A DNA stretch of 64,000 bases from NCBI GenBank assembly GCA_963737655.1, contig CAVTTN010000002.1:2336001-2400000 (forward strand). The letters are read 5' to 3'. Position 1 is the first letter of the stretch. The number at the start of each line of letters is the position of its first letter. Below are positions 53,570 to 63,557 of this stretch, piece after piece. A model generated the notes under the pieces. It was not told where the DNA came from and searched no databases. It saw only the letters and a list, made by a program, of their open reading frames with translations. Source of the DNA: an uncultured Planctomycetota bacterium. GTDB lineage: Bacteria > Planctomycetota > Planctomycetia > Isosphaerales > Isosphaeraceae. A program made the position numbers and the translations under genes.

Positions 53570-54397
53570 ATGAAAAGGCGGCTTCCCCGAGGGGTCTCGG
53601 CCCTGGACCGCCCCCGAGGCGGGCGGGCCTTCCGCGCCGCGATCCGTCGGAAGGGGATCGAGGTCCACCTCGGCCTTTATGAGACGGCCTGGCTCGCCGG
53701 CTACGCCCATCACCTGGCCGCCGAGGCGATTGGTCGAAGGTCCGAGCCTCCCGAGGAGCCTCCGGGGGGCAAGAGGCCGTCCCCCGAGGCGATCCGCGAC
53801 CTCTCCGAGAGGGTTCGGAGACGGCTCGGGCTGGATCGGGCCGAGGGCGACCGCGAATTTCGCCATCCTCCGTCGCCCGAAGCCCTTCGGACGTTTTTCG
53901 AGATCACCGTCGTCGGCTTCTGGAGGCTCCAGGCCGCCGAGACCGCCGACTCGGCCGATTCGGCGGCCCTCCGGCTGGACGAGGCGAGCCGCTTCCTGTT
54001 CTGGGACGGCTCGCCGCTGGGCGTCCTGACCGATCTCCTCAACCTCCGCCTGAACCAGGAGTTCCGGCGATCGGAACTGACCCGCGAGGTCCTCGACGAC
54101 GATGGCGACGAGCCTCGGCGGGTGGCCCGATGGCTGGTCTTGCCCGATGGCGTCTTCCGAGAGACGGTCCGGCGGCTCTATCTCGAGTTCTTTGAAGGAG
54201 ATCCGCTCGGGACCTCATGGGCCGAGGTGCTCGGCCTGGCCCCTCCGTTCCGGGTCTCCGCGATCCGAGAGGCGTATCGAGAACGCTCCAAGGCCGCCCA
54301 CCCGGACCTCGGCGGGTCGTCGGCGGAGTTTGTCCGGTTGAAGAAAGCGTATGACGAGGCGATGGCGCACGTCGGGGGGAGGGGCAACCATGAGTGA
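53570..54397 (+). CDS. AP2-like plus C-terminal J-domain protein
   Basis: RGVS...FRAAIRRKGIEVHLGLYET; C-terminal IREAYRERSKAAHPDLGG. Confidence 0.75.
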   Translation: MKRRLPRGVSALDRPRGGRAFRAAIRRKGIEVHLGLYETAWLAGYAHHLAAEAIGRRSEPPEEPPGGKRPSPEAIRDLSERVRRRLGLDRAEGDREFRHPPSPEALRTFFEITVVGFWRLQAAETADSADSAALRLDEASRFLFWDGSPLGVLTDLLNLRLNQEFRRSELTREVLDDDGDEPRRVARWLVLPDGVFRETVRRLYLEFFEGDPLGTSWAEVLGLAPPFRVSAIREAYRERSKAAHPDLGGSSAEFVRLKKAYDEAMAHVGGRGNHE

Positions 54398-55220
54398 CGA
54401 GATCCTGGACCTCGCCTCGGAGGCCATCGCCTCGGCCGAGGCCCTGGTGATCGGGGCGGGGGCGGGGATGGGGGATGATTCGGGGCTTCCGACCTTCCGG
54501 GGGGCGGAGGGGTTCTGGAACGCCTATCCGCCGTACCGCGCGCTCGGCCTCAGCTTCGTCGAAATGGCCAATCCCCGCCATTTCGCGGCCGACCCGGGCC
54601 TCGGTTGGGGATTTTATGGCCATCGGCGGAACCTTTACCGCCGGACTCCGCCCCACCGAGGGTTCGACCTCCTCCGAGGGTGGATGGAGAGGGCACCGCT
54701 CGGCGGGTTCGTGTTCACCTCGAACGTGGACGGCCACTTCTCGAAGGCCGGCTTCGACTCGTCGCGGATCGTCGAGGTCCACGGAGCCATCGACTTCCTC
54801 CAATGCCTGGATGACTGCGGGGCCGGGATCGTCCCGGCGGGCGAGGAGGCCGTGATCGTGGACGAATCGACCATGAGGGCCGGCGAGCCGCTGCCCAGAT
54901 GCCCCGCGTGCGGCTCGCTCGCTCGCCCGAACATCTTGATGTTCGGGGACTTCGGATGGGACGCCTCGCGGACTCAGCAGCAGGAGGCCCGATTCCGGCG
55001 CTGGCTTCGCTCGATCGGATCGGCGAGGCTGGTGATCGTCGAGATCGGGGCCGGTTCGGCGATCCCGACGGTCCGCCGGACGTGCGAGGCCCTGGGCGAA
55101 CTCCCCGGGGCGACCCTGATCCGGATCAACCCGGGGGAGCCGGAGGTGCCGTCCGGTCATCTTGGCCTGCTGCTCGGGGCCCTGGCCGCTTTGGAAGCCG
55201 TCTCGGCGAGGATGGTTTGA
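54390..55220 (+). CDS. Sir2-family NAD-dependent deacylase
   Basis: GAGAGMG.DSGLPTFRG, SNVDGH, VHG, Cys pairs, RPNILMF, RIN. Confidence 0.92.
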   Translation: MSDEILDLASEAIASAEALVIGAGAGMGDDSGLPTFRGAEGFWNAYPPYRALGLSFVEMANPRHFAADPGLGWGFYGHRRNLYRRTPPHRGFDLLRGWMERAPLGGFVFTSNVDGHFSKAGFDSSRIVEVHGAIDFLQCLDDCGAGIVPAGEEAVIVDESTMRAGEPLPRCPACGSLARPNILMFGDFGWDASRTQQQEARFRRWLRSIGSARLVIVEIGAGSAIPTVRRTCEALGELPGATLIRINPGEPEVPSGHLGLLLGALAALEAVSARMV

Positions 55221-55240
55221 TCCTTCGGGAGGGGCGGGGA

Positions 55241-55633
55241 TCAATCCGCCTCGTCGGCCTCGACGCCCAGGACCGTCTCGATCGACTTGACGAGCTTCTC
55301 CAGGGCGAAGGGCTTGCGGATATAATCCTTCACCCCGAGGAACTCGGCGTAGGCGCGGTGGCGGCTGCCCTCGTTGCCGGTGATCATGATGGTGGGGATC
55401 AGGCCGTGGGGTCGGCCCTTGAGCTTCTCCAGGACGAGGAAGCCGCTCTTCTTGGGCATCATCATGTCCAGGACGATCAGGTCCGGGTTCTCGCGTTCGG
55501 CGACGGTCAGGCCGGCGTTGCCGTCCCGGGCGACGAGGACTCGATAGCCCCGGCCTTCCAGGACGGTCCTCATGGATTCGATGATGTCGGTGTCGTCATC
55601 GACGAGCAGGATCGTCTTGTTCGGGGCGGGCAT
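55241..55633 (-). CDS. Single-domain response regulator
   Basis: ILLVDDD, VLDMMMP, MIT, RKPF. Confidence 0.92.
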   Translation of the reverse strand: MPAPNKTILLVDDDTDIIESMRTVLEGRGYRVLVARDGNAGLTVAERENPDLIVLDMMMPKKSGFLVLEKLKGRPHGLIPTIMITGNEGSRHRAYAEFLGVKDYIRKPFALEKLVKSIETVLGVEADEAD

Positions 55634-55848
55634 CGGGCGGGACTCCACTGCGTCTGCGGTCGGGCCGGGGCCGGGGCCGCCGGGCATGCCGCCCATGATA
55701 GCTTCGCCGATCGGCCCGGGGCAAGCGTCGCGCGATCGGCCCGGGGCCGAGGCGGCGGGCCCTTGATTTTTCGGCTCGAACCGACAGGATAGGCGGAGAG
55801 CCCCGGCTGCGAACCCGCCCCGTCCCCCACCCTCTGGAGCCTTCCCCG

Positions 55849-56424
55849 ATGATCCGCCGCCTGATCGCCCTGTCCGCGCCCGCCTTGCTGATCGGACTCG
55901 CCATGACCTCTCAGGCCGACGACAAGAAGACCTCCGTCCTGGAGTACAAGGTCAAGGACATCGACGGCAAGGACGTGGACCTCGCGAAGTACAAGGGGGA
56001 CGTCCTCCTCGTCGTCAACACGGCCAGCCAGTGCGGCCTGACCCCGCAGTACAAGGGCCTGGAAGCCCTCTACGAGAAGTACAAGGACAAGGGCTTCAAG
56101 GTCCTCGCCTTCCCCGCCAACGAGTTCGGCGGCCAGGAGCCGGGCAGCAACGCCGAGATCAAGACGTTCTGCGAGACCAAGTATAACGTCACGTTCCCGG
56201 TCTTCTCCAAGATCGTCGTCAAGGGCGACGGCATGGACCCGGTCTACCAGTACCTCACCGAGAAGGGGACCGACCCGAAGTTCGCCGGCGACATCAAGTG
56301 GAATTTCACCAAGTTCCTGGTGAACCGCAAGGGGGAGGTCATCGCCCGGTTCGAGCCGACGACCAAGCCGGAATCCGAGGCCGTGATCGCCGCCGTCGAG
56401 AAGGCCCTGGCCGAGACCAAGTGA
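55849..56424 (+). CDS. Glutathione peroxidase family protein (Cys type, exported)
   Basis: VNTASQCGLT, FPANEFGGQEP, WNFTKFL. Confidence 0.94.
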   Translation: MIRRLIALSAPALLIGLAMTSQADDKKTSVLEYKVKDIDGKDVDLAKYKGDVLLVVNTASQCGLTPQYKGLEALYEKYKDKGFKVLAFPANEFGGQEPGSNAEIKTFCETKYNVTFPVFSKIVVKGDGMDPVYQYLTEKGTDPKFAGDIKWNFTKFLVNRKGEVIARFEPTTKPESEAVIAAVEKALAETK

Positions 56425-56491
56425 CCTGAGGACCTCGGGAGGGCGGGGCGCCTCGCGGTGGAATGGAGCCCGTCCTCCTCCGTCGAAAACC

Positions 56492-56593
56492 TCACCACGA
56501 AGCCACCAAGAGCACGGAGGAAGACACAAAGAAGACGGTCCATTCCCGGTCTTCTTTGTGTCTTCCTCCGTGCTCTTCGTGGCTTCGTGGTGA
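56492..56593. repeat. Long inverted element TCACCACGAAGCCACCAAGAGCACGGAGG...
   Basis: Near-perfect stem of about 45 bp between convergent genes; AACCT on both sides. Confidence 0.88.
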
Positions 56594-56606
56594 ACCTGAG
56601 GTGGTA

Positions 56607-57500
56607 TCACTGCCAGGACCGGCCGAGCTTCCGCCCTCGCGAGACCGATCCGGGCGGCAGGTTCGAGTAATCGGCCTTCAATTCCTGCTGGATTCGCTCG
56701 ATCCGGGTCTCGGGCAGGGGGTGGGTGGAGACCCATTCGGGCTGGCGGTCTCCCTTGCTGGCGTCCTTGAGGATGTTCATGACGTCGAGCATGGCGCGGG
56801 GGTCGTAGCCGGCCTGGGTCATCAGCCGGAGGCCGTACTCGTCGGCCTGGGACTCGTCGGATCGCCCGTAGTGGAGCTGGAGCATCTGGTTGGCCATCGC
56901 GGCGGCCATCGCGGCCTGCTGGCCCCGGTTGTCCCGGCCGTCGCTGGCGCCGACGCCCACGGCCACCGTGAGGAGCTGCCCGAGCTGCCCCTTGGCCATC
57001 TGCTGGGCGCTGTGGCGGTGGATCACGTGGCCGATCTCGTGGCCGAGGACCCCGGCGAGCTCCGCCTCGTCGGCGAGCTTGTCATAGAGGGCCTCGGTGA
57101 TGAAGACCTGGCCGCCGGGCAGGGCGAAGGCGTTGATCGTCTTCGGGTCGTTCAGCAGGCGGAAGTGGAAGTTGTCGGCGTAAGGGCTTTTGCCCGCCTC
57201 GGTTTGCGAGACGAGCCGCCGGCCGACTTCCTGGACCATCGCCGCCCTCGGGTCGCGCCTGGGGTCGATCGCCCCTCCCATCTGCTGGGCCATCTCCGGG
57301 GCGGCCTGGAGGCCCAGTTGCTTCTCCTCGTCCACCGACATGGCGATATGCTGGCGCTCGCCCGTGACGGGGTTCACCTGGACCCGGAAGAAATACGTCG
57401 CGACCCCGAACAACGCGATCAACGCCGCGATAATCAACCGCGGATTGATCCGAATCGCCGGCCCCTGTTCCTCCTCGGCCGGACCGTACCCATAAGACAT
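56607..57500 (-). CDS. M48-family metalloprotease
   Basis: NAFALPGG, HEIGH, ESQAD, STHP. Confidence 0.93.
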   Translation of the reverse strand: MSYGYGPAEEEQGPAIRINPRLIIAALIALFGVATYFFRVQVNPVTGERQHIAMSVDEEKQLGLQAAPEMAQQMGGAIDPRRDPRAAMVQEVGRRLVSQTEAGKSPYADNFHFRLLNDPKTINAFALPGGQVFITEALYDKLADEAELAGVLGHEIGHVIHRHSAQQMAKGQLGQLLTVAVGVGASDGRDNRGQQAAMAAAMANQMLQLHYGRSDESQADEYGLRLMTQAGYDPRAMLDVMNILKDASKGDRQPEWVSTHPLPETRIERIQQELKADYSNLPPGSVSRGRKLGRSWQ

Positions 57501-57579
57501 CGTCGTTCTCCCGGGAAAGCGCCTGCGAATCTGGGGAGGGGCTGGGCAAAGCGTGCGCCGAGACAGACGGAAAGCGAAG

Positions 57580-57654
57580 TCGAAACGCAGATCGCACAGA
57601 TTACGCAGATTAAAAAATCTGAACTTCTAATCTGCGTAATTTGCGTTTCGATCC
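57580..57654. repeat. Nonamer-repeat inverted element, copy 2
   Basis: TCGAAACGCAGATCGCACAGATTACGCAGATT ... AATCTGCGTAATTTGCGTTTCGATCC. Confidence 0.88.
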
Positions 57655-57659
57655 CCATC

Positions 57660-59424
57660 TTATTCGACCGTACGAATCCGAAGGTCGCGAAGCTGGCGGG
57701 GATCGACGGTGCCGGGGGCGCCCGTCATGAGGTCGGCCCCCTTGGCCGTCTTGGGGAAGGCGATGCAGTCGCGGATGTTCGTCAGGCCGGCATAGAGCAT
57801 GACCAGCCGGTCCATCCCCAGCGCGATCCCGCCGTGAGGCGGCGCCCCGAACTTCAGGGCGTTCAGGAGGAAGCCGAACTTCTCGTCCGCTTCTTCGGGC
57901 GTAAGTCCCAACAGGGCGAAGATTTTCGACTGGATGACCGGGTCGTGGACGCGGATCGTCCCGCCGCCGGCTTCCTCGCCGTTGATCACGAGGTCATATG
58001 CCTGGGCCCGGACCTTGGCCGGCTCGGTGTCGAGCAGGTGGAGGTCTTCGGGCAGCGGCATCGTGAAGGGGTGGTGCTCGGCCACGAACCGGCCTTCCTC
58101 GGGGTCGTGCGCCAGGAGGGGAAACTTGACGATCCACGAGTAATGGAACGATTTCGGATCATACTGCTTGAGCTCGGCCCCCAGGCGGATTCGCAGCGCG
58201 GAGAGGGCCTGGCTCGTCACGCTCTGGGAGTCGGCCACGATCAGGATCAGGTCGCCGGCCTTCGCCGCAAACTTTTGACGGACCTCGGCTTGCAGCTCGG
58301 GAGGGAAGAACTTCGCCGTCGGGCCGGTGAACGTCTCGGCCTCGACCTTGAGCCAGACCAATCCCTTGGCGCCGAAGGTCTTGATCGACTCGGTCATCTC
58401 GTCGAGCTCGCGGCGGGTGTACTTCTCGCCGCCTCCGGGGGCACACAGGCCGCGGACCCGCCCTCCGCTTTCCAGCGCCTGGGTGAAGACCTTGAAGTCG
58501 GTCTTCCGGGCGATCTCGGCCAGGTCCAGGAGCCTCCATCCCGAACCGATAGTCGGGCCGATCGACGCCGAACCGTTCCATCGCGTCGTGATATTCGACG
58601 CGGGGCAGGGGGAGCGCAACCGTTTCGCCCGTCATGGCTTCGGCGATGGCGGCGACGACGTGTTCCATCGTCCCGATCACGTCCTCGAACTCGACGAACG
58701 ACATCTCCACGTCGAGCTGGGTGAATTCGGGCTGGCGATTGGCGCGGAGGTCTTCATCGCGGAAGCATCGGGCGATCTGGAAATAGCGGTCGTAGCCGGC
58801 GACCATCAAGATCTGCTTGTAAAGCTGCGGAGACTGCGGGAGAGCGTAGAAATGGCCGGGATGGAGGCGGCTGGGGACGAGGAAATCGCGGGCGCCTTCG
58901 GGCGTGGAGCGGCCGAGCATGGGGGTCTCGACCTCGACGAACCCCAGGCCGCTCATGGTGTTGCGCATCACCTGGGCCATCTTGTGACGCATCAGCAAGA
59001 TGCGCTGCATCTCCGGCCGGCGGAGGTCCAGGTAGCGATAGGTGAGCCGCAGTTCCTCGTTCGGCTCGCCGCCTCCGGCGATCTCGAAGGGGGGCGTCTG
59101 AGTGCGGGTGAAGACTTCGAGCGAATCGGCCTTGACCTCGATGGCGCCGGTCTGAAGCTTCGGATTCTCCTTGCCGGAGAGGCGTTTGGAGACCGTGCCC
59201 TTCACGCCGATCACATATTCGGAGCGGAGGTCGTGGGCGGCCTCCATCAGATCGGCGCCGGCATCGGGGTCGAAGACGACCTGGGTCACGCCGTAGCGAT
59301 CCCTCAAATTGATGAAGACGAGGCCGCCGTGATCGCGGCGGGTGTCTACCCAACCGTTGAGGACCACGGGAGTTCCGGCATGGTCGGCGCCCAGCTCGCC
59401 GCAGGTGTGGGTCCGCTTCAGCAT
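57660..59424 (-). CDS. aspS: Aspartate--tRNA ligase, frameshift near 58533
   Basis: RTHTCG, RRDHGG, PQSPQLYKQ, FRDEDLR, HHPFT, PPHGGIALGMDR, FPKT. Confidence 0.96.
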
Positions 59425-59785
59425 GAAAGGTCTCGGGGCCGATCGGCCGGGGGTCAGGATCGCGATACGTCGTTCGGGCGCGAGGATTTACCTTATCCCG
59501 GGCGGCTCGGGAGCGTCAAGCCGCCGAGCGATCCGCCGCAGGGGCCGTCTCCTTCGAACGATGGGGGGCGAAGACCGTCGCCGGTTCTCCGGCAACACGA
59601 GCCCGAACCGGCCCGACCGGGCGAACCGGGCCGTGTCCTTCTTGCCGGAGCGTTCGTCGGAAGTATTCTGATGGGGACGAGTTCCGACGATGGTGCCCGT
59701 GCCAGCCGGAAGGATCGGGGTCTGCTGGCCACGAAACGGCCGAGCCGAGGGGGTCGGGCGGCTTCTCAGGTCTCCCCGCGCCCCT

Positions 59786-59791
59786 TATAAT
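59786..59791 (+). promoter_or_regulatory. Possible -10 box upstream of prmC
   Basis: Exact TATAAT in a GC-rich background; no clear -35. Confidence 0.35.
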
Positions 59792-59853
59792 CGCCCCTTC
59801 GGCCGCTCCGATGGCCGGCTTTCCTGCGAATTGACGGGCCGGGACCCTGCGAG

Positions 59854-60732
59854 ATGCGGCGAGACGTGGACGGGCCCTGGACGGTGGGCCGCCTGCTGAC
59901 CTGGACGGCCGACTTTCTCAAGAAGAAAGGGGCCGAGAGCGCCCGGCTCGATGCCGAGGTCTTGCTCGCCCATGTCCTGGACTGGCCACGGGTTGCGCTT
60001 TACACGCACTTCGAGGACGAGATCGGCGAGCGGCCCCGATCGGCGTTCCGAGAGCTCGTCCGCAAGAGGTCCGAGGGGGCGCCTGTCGCCTATCTCGTGG
60101 GTCGGAAGGAATTCTTCTCGATCCCCCTGGCCGTCGGCCCGGCCGTGCTGATCCCCCGGCCTGACACCGAGACCGCCGTGGTCGAGGCCCTGGAACAGCT
60201 CAAGGGCCGCGAGGCGCCGGCGGTCGTCGATGTCGGCACCGGATCGGGCTGCATCGCCCTGGCGATCGCGAAGAACCACAAGACGGCCCGGGTGTTCGCC
60301 CTGGATCTCAGCCCCGAGGCCCTCGCCGTCGCCCGGACCAACGCCGAGACGCTCGGCCTGGCCGACCGCGTGGAGTTTCGGGAAGGCGACCTGCTCGCCC
60401 CCGTTTCGGTCGACGGCCCGTTCGACCTCATCGTGTCCAACCCGCCGTATATCCCCTCGGAAATCCTCCCGAGCCTGGAACCTGGGGTCCGGGACTTCGA
60501 GCCTCGGCTCGCCCTGGACGGCGGCCCCGACGGCCTCCGCGTCGTCGCCCGGCTGATCGCCGAGGCCCCGGGCCTCCTCCGGCCGGGAGGGTCCTTGATC
60601 CTGGAAATCGGCTCGGCCCAGGAAGGGCCGGTCCGCGACCTGATCGCCGCTCGGCCGGAATTCGCCCTCGCGCCCACCGTCCGCGACGCCGCCAACCACC
60701 CCCGGGTCGTCCGGGCCGTCCGCCTCGCCTGA
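59854..60732 (+). CDS. prmC: Release factor glutamine methyltransferase
   Basis: LIPRPDTE, DVGTGSGCIA, SNPPY, ALDGG. Confidence 0.95.
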   Translation: MRRDVDGPWTVGRLLTWTADFLKKKGAESARLDAEVLLAHVLDWPRVALYTHFEDEIGERPRSAFRELVRKRSEGAPVAYLVGRKEFFSIPLAVGPAVLIPRPDTETAVVEALEQLKGREAPAVVDVGTGSGCIALAIAKNHKTARVFALDLSPEALAVARTNAETLGLADRVEFREGDLLAPVSVDGPFDLIVSNPPYIPSEILPSLEPGVRDFEPRLALDGGPDGLRVVARLIAEAPGLLRPGGSLILEIGSAQEGPVRDLIAARPEFALAPTVRDAANHPRVVRAVRLA

Positions 60733-60876
60733 TCGCCCGGACGTTCGCGGGCCATCCGGCGAGCGATCGCCCAGAAATTGGATTTTGGTTGCCCAAAAAA
60801 TTCTATTGGACAGCTTCCGGATTTCGGTTATGCTCCCCAACGAGACGATTTTCGAGTCCTCGGAAGGAGGCGAGCG

Positions 60877-61959
60877 ATGGACCGAAAGCAGGGGAGAGGC
60901 TCCGGCCGACGCCGGAACCCGAAAACCGGTTTCACACTGATCGAATTGCTGGTCGTGATCGCGATCATCGGGCTGCTGGTGGGCCTCGTGTTGCCGGCGG
61001 TCCAGTCGGCGAGGGAGGCGGCCCGGCGGGCGCAATGCATCAACAACCTCAAGCAGATGGGCCTGGCCCTGGCCAGTTACGAGGCGGCCGTCGGGACGTT
61101 TCCGCCGGCCTATGTCGGCGACCCGAGGGTTTCGGGGTCCATGTTCGGGGTCTCGTACCCCGATGGAAACATGAACACGCTTTCCGGGTTCGCCTGGGGG
61201 TCGCTGATCCTGCCGTTCCTGGAGCAGGCCCCTCTGGCGGCGAGCCTCAATTTCGACCTGCCGTGCTGGGCCCCTCAGAATACGACCGGCGCCACGACGA
61301 AGGTGGCCGTCTTCCTCTGCCCGTCGTCGGCCGGGCCGTCCGACGGCTTCGCGGTCCATCGTTACGGCAATGGCGACGCGACCGCGCCCGACGACGCCGG
61401 GCCGTTTTCGCCCGAAATCCGCCTGGCGCATAGCCATTACATCACGAACGCCGGGACCGACCAGCCCTGGGGCCGGCCTCCCGCCTACTCGATCGACTTC
61501 GACGTGGCCGAGCCGATCCCGGGCGCCCCGAGGCCCTCGATCATCAACGGGCCGTTCTATCGGAATTCTCACACGAGAATCGCCGACGTGACCGACGGCC
61601 TCTCCCAGACCGTCTTCCTCGGCGAGAGGACCTCCCGACTCGCCGATGCGACGTGGGTGGGAGTGGTCCCGTTCGCCAGCGTCTGGCCGAAGCCGGGCTG
61701 GCCGTCCGACCCCAACAGCGGAGGGGACCTCGTCGGTTGCCACAGCGGGCCCGACATCCACGATCACCCGCAGGTCATCATCCACGCGCCCAATAACCCG
61801 TTTGGGCACACGGACGAGATGTATTCCGACCACGCCGGAGGCGGCCACGTCCTCCTGGGCGACGGCTCGGTGAAGTTCATCAAGGAGTCGATCTATCCCT
61901 GGGCCTGGGTCGGCCTCTCGACCCGGAACGGCGGGGAGGTCATCGATGGCAACTGGTGA
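60877..61959 (+). CDS. DUF1559 protein with prepilin-type N-terminus and H-X9-DG motif
   Basis: [52 protein letters not shown]. Confidence 0.95.
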   Translation: MDRKQGRGSGRRRNPKTGFTLIELLVVIAIIGLLVGLVLPAVQSAREAARRAQCINNLKQMGLALASYEAAVGTFPPAYVGDPRVSGSMFGVSYPDGNMNTLSGFAWGSLILPFLEQAPLAASLNFDLPCWAPQNTTGATTKVAVFLCPSSAGPSDGFAVHRYGNGDATAPDDAGPFSPEIRLAHSHYITNAGTDQPWGRPPAYSIDFDVAEPIPGAPRPSIINGPFYRNSHTRIADVTDGLSQTVFLGERTSRLADATWVGVVPFASVWPKPGWPSDPNSGGDLVGCHSGPDIHDHPQVIIHAPNNPFGHTDEMYSDHAGGGHVLLGDGSVKFIKESIYPWAWVGLSTRNGGEVIDGNW

Positions 61960-62269
61960 TTTGCGAAAGGTTTGCGGCGGACCGATTGCCCTCTCACTCG
62001 CGATCCTGATCGCCGGTTGCGGCCCGGCCCAGATCGGCCCCGACCGCGAGGCGTTCCGGGCCGTCGATGCCCTCTACACGGCCGTCTCCCTCCGAGAGGC
62101 GGCCCCCCTCGCCCGATCGGCGGCGACCCTCAAGAGATTGAACGAATCGGAACGGCTCCCCTCCCCGGCGTATCGAAGCCTGGAAGCGATCATCCAGGAG
62201 GCCGAATCCGGCCGATGGGAGGCCGCGCAGGCCCGGCTGGCCCGGTTCATGGAAGGGCAGAGGCGGTGA
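61946..62269 (+). CDS. Small lipoprotein accompanying the DUF1559 gene
   Basis: IAGC lipobox; overlaps the DUF1559 stop. Confidence 0.7.
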   Translation: MATGDLRKVCGGPIALSLAILIAGCGPAQIGPDREAFRAVDALYTAVSLREAAPLARSAATLKRLNESERLPSPAYRSLEAIIQEAESGRWEAAQARLARFMEGQRR

Positions 62270-62453
62270 GGGGAGGCCTCGTCACGAGTCTTCGCCGTCA
62301 TCCGCAATTCCAGGTCCGCCGTGGCCACGGGGCCACCATCCCGGTCAACCAGCGTCACGAGCGATCGCGGCACGGCGAGTCCTCCAGGATCTGGTCGACG
62401 AAGGCCCGAGCCCGCCGTGTTTCGGCCGGAAGCCAGACCCGTTGGAACCGGCC

Positions 62454-63374
62454 TCAACCCGCTTCGGGCAGGTCGCGGAGGGCCTGGGCCAGGGTGCTCA
62501 TCGAGGGCCAGCGGTCCTTGGGGGACTTCGTGAGCGTCTTACGGATCAGGGCCTTCAGACCTTCGGGGAGTTTGGGCGCGTAGTGGTTGATGTCGAGCGG
62601 CTCGGAGTTGATTCGCTGCCTCATCATCGCCATCGGTTCGACGGCGTCGTACGGCAGTTTGTTGGTGAGGAACTCGAAGGCCGTGACGCCGAAGCCGAAG
62701 ATGTCGAGCTTCTCGTCGGTCGGCTCGCGACGGATGACCTCCGGGGCCATGTACTGGATGGTGCCGGTGCGGTTGCCGGGGCGGCGGAACAGGGGGGTGT
62801 TGGGCACGGCCAGGCCGAAATCGATGATCTTGACCCGGTCCTCGCGATCGACCAGGACGTTCTTGGGCCCGAAGTCGTGGTGGATGAACCCGGCGGCGTG
62901 GACCGCGGCGAGCCCTTCGGCGGCCTGGGCGAGGAAGTCGATCTTCTGGGCCACGGTCAGCATCCGCGATTGCCTGGCGAAGTTCAGGCTCTGGCCGTCG
63001 ATGTACTCCATCACGATGTAATGGGCACCGTGGGTCGTGTCGCCGTGCTCGAAGGTGCGGACCACGTTGGGGTGGGTGATCCTCAGGCCGACGTCGCCCT
63101 CGCTGAGCCGCCCCTCGCGGGAGGCCCGGGCGTTGGCGGCCTGGGCCTTGGCCAGGTCCTGGACCTTCAGGCAGACCGACCGGCCCGACTGGTTGTCCAC
63201 CGCCCGGTAGACCTTGGACATGCTCCCCTGGCCGGTCTCCGCGACGATGCTGAACCTCTTCTCGATATTCACTTTACGGTTCTTGGTCGGCAGGGGGGCC
63301 GGGCCCGCCGCCTCGAACTCCGTCGAGCCGGATTTCTTCGCCTTCGGACCGAAGAGACCGAACATGGATTGCAC
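62454..63374 (-). CDS. Hanks-type Ser/Thr protein kinase (kinase domain only)
   Basis: GQGSMSKV, LKV, HPNVV, HHDFGPKN, DFG, YMAPE, DIFGFG. Confidence 0.9.
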   Translation of the reverse strand: MQSMFGLFGPKAKKSGSTEFEAAGPAPLPTKNRKVNIEKRFSIVAETGQGSMSKVYRAVDNQSGRSVCLKVQDLAKAQAANARASREGRLSEGDVGLRITHPNVVRTFEHGDTTHGAHYIVMEYIDGQSLNFARQSRMLTVAQKIDFLAQAAEGLAAVHAAGFIHHDFGPKNVLVDREDRVKIIDFGLAVPNTPLFRRPGNRTGTIQYMAPEVIRREPTDEKLDIFGFGVTAFEFLTNKLPYDAVEPMAMMRQRINSEPLDINHYAPKLPEGLKALIRKTLTKSPKDRWPSMSTLAQALRDLPEAG

Positions 63375-63557
63375 CCCCGATTCCGACGCCGACCGCCCGT
63401 CTCTCTCTCGCGTCCTTCATCGTACCCGTCCGGTCCGCCAACTTCCATGCATGGTCGCAGGCGAACGGGGAGGGGAATTCGAGGGGCGAGCTACCCCTAT
63501 ACTTCATACGAAGCTCAAGGGGCAGTGTGACCCGGGAATTCGGCGACGTTTTTCGAA

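Noticed and set aside
54390..55220. Sir2 as an anti-phage NADase (Thoeris/DSR-type)
   Set aside because: It has the zinc-binding Cys pairs and catalytic His of classical sirtuin deacylases, with no defence partner adjacent.
55849..56424. Selenocysteine recoding in the glutathione peroxidase
   Set aside because: The active-site codon is TGC (Cys) and there is no in-frame TGA.
10031..59424. About ten frameshifted sites read as pseudogenes or programmed frameshifts
   Set aside because: They hit essential or intact genes (aspS, sdhB, uvrA). Most are single-base losses in C/G runs with no other decay and no slippery-site pattern, so sequencing error is the best explanation.
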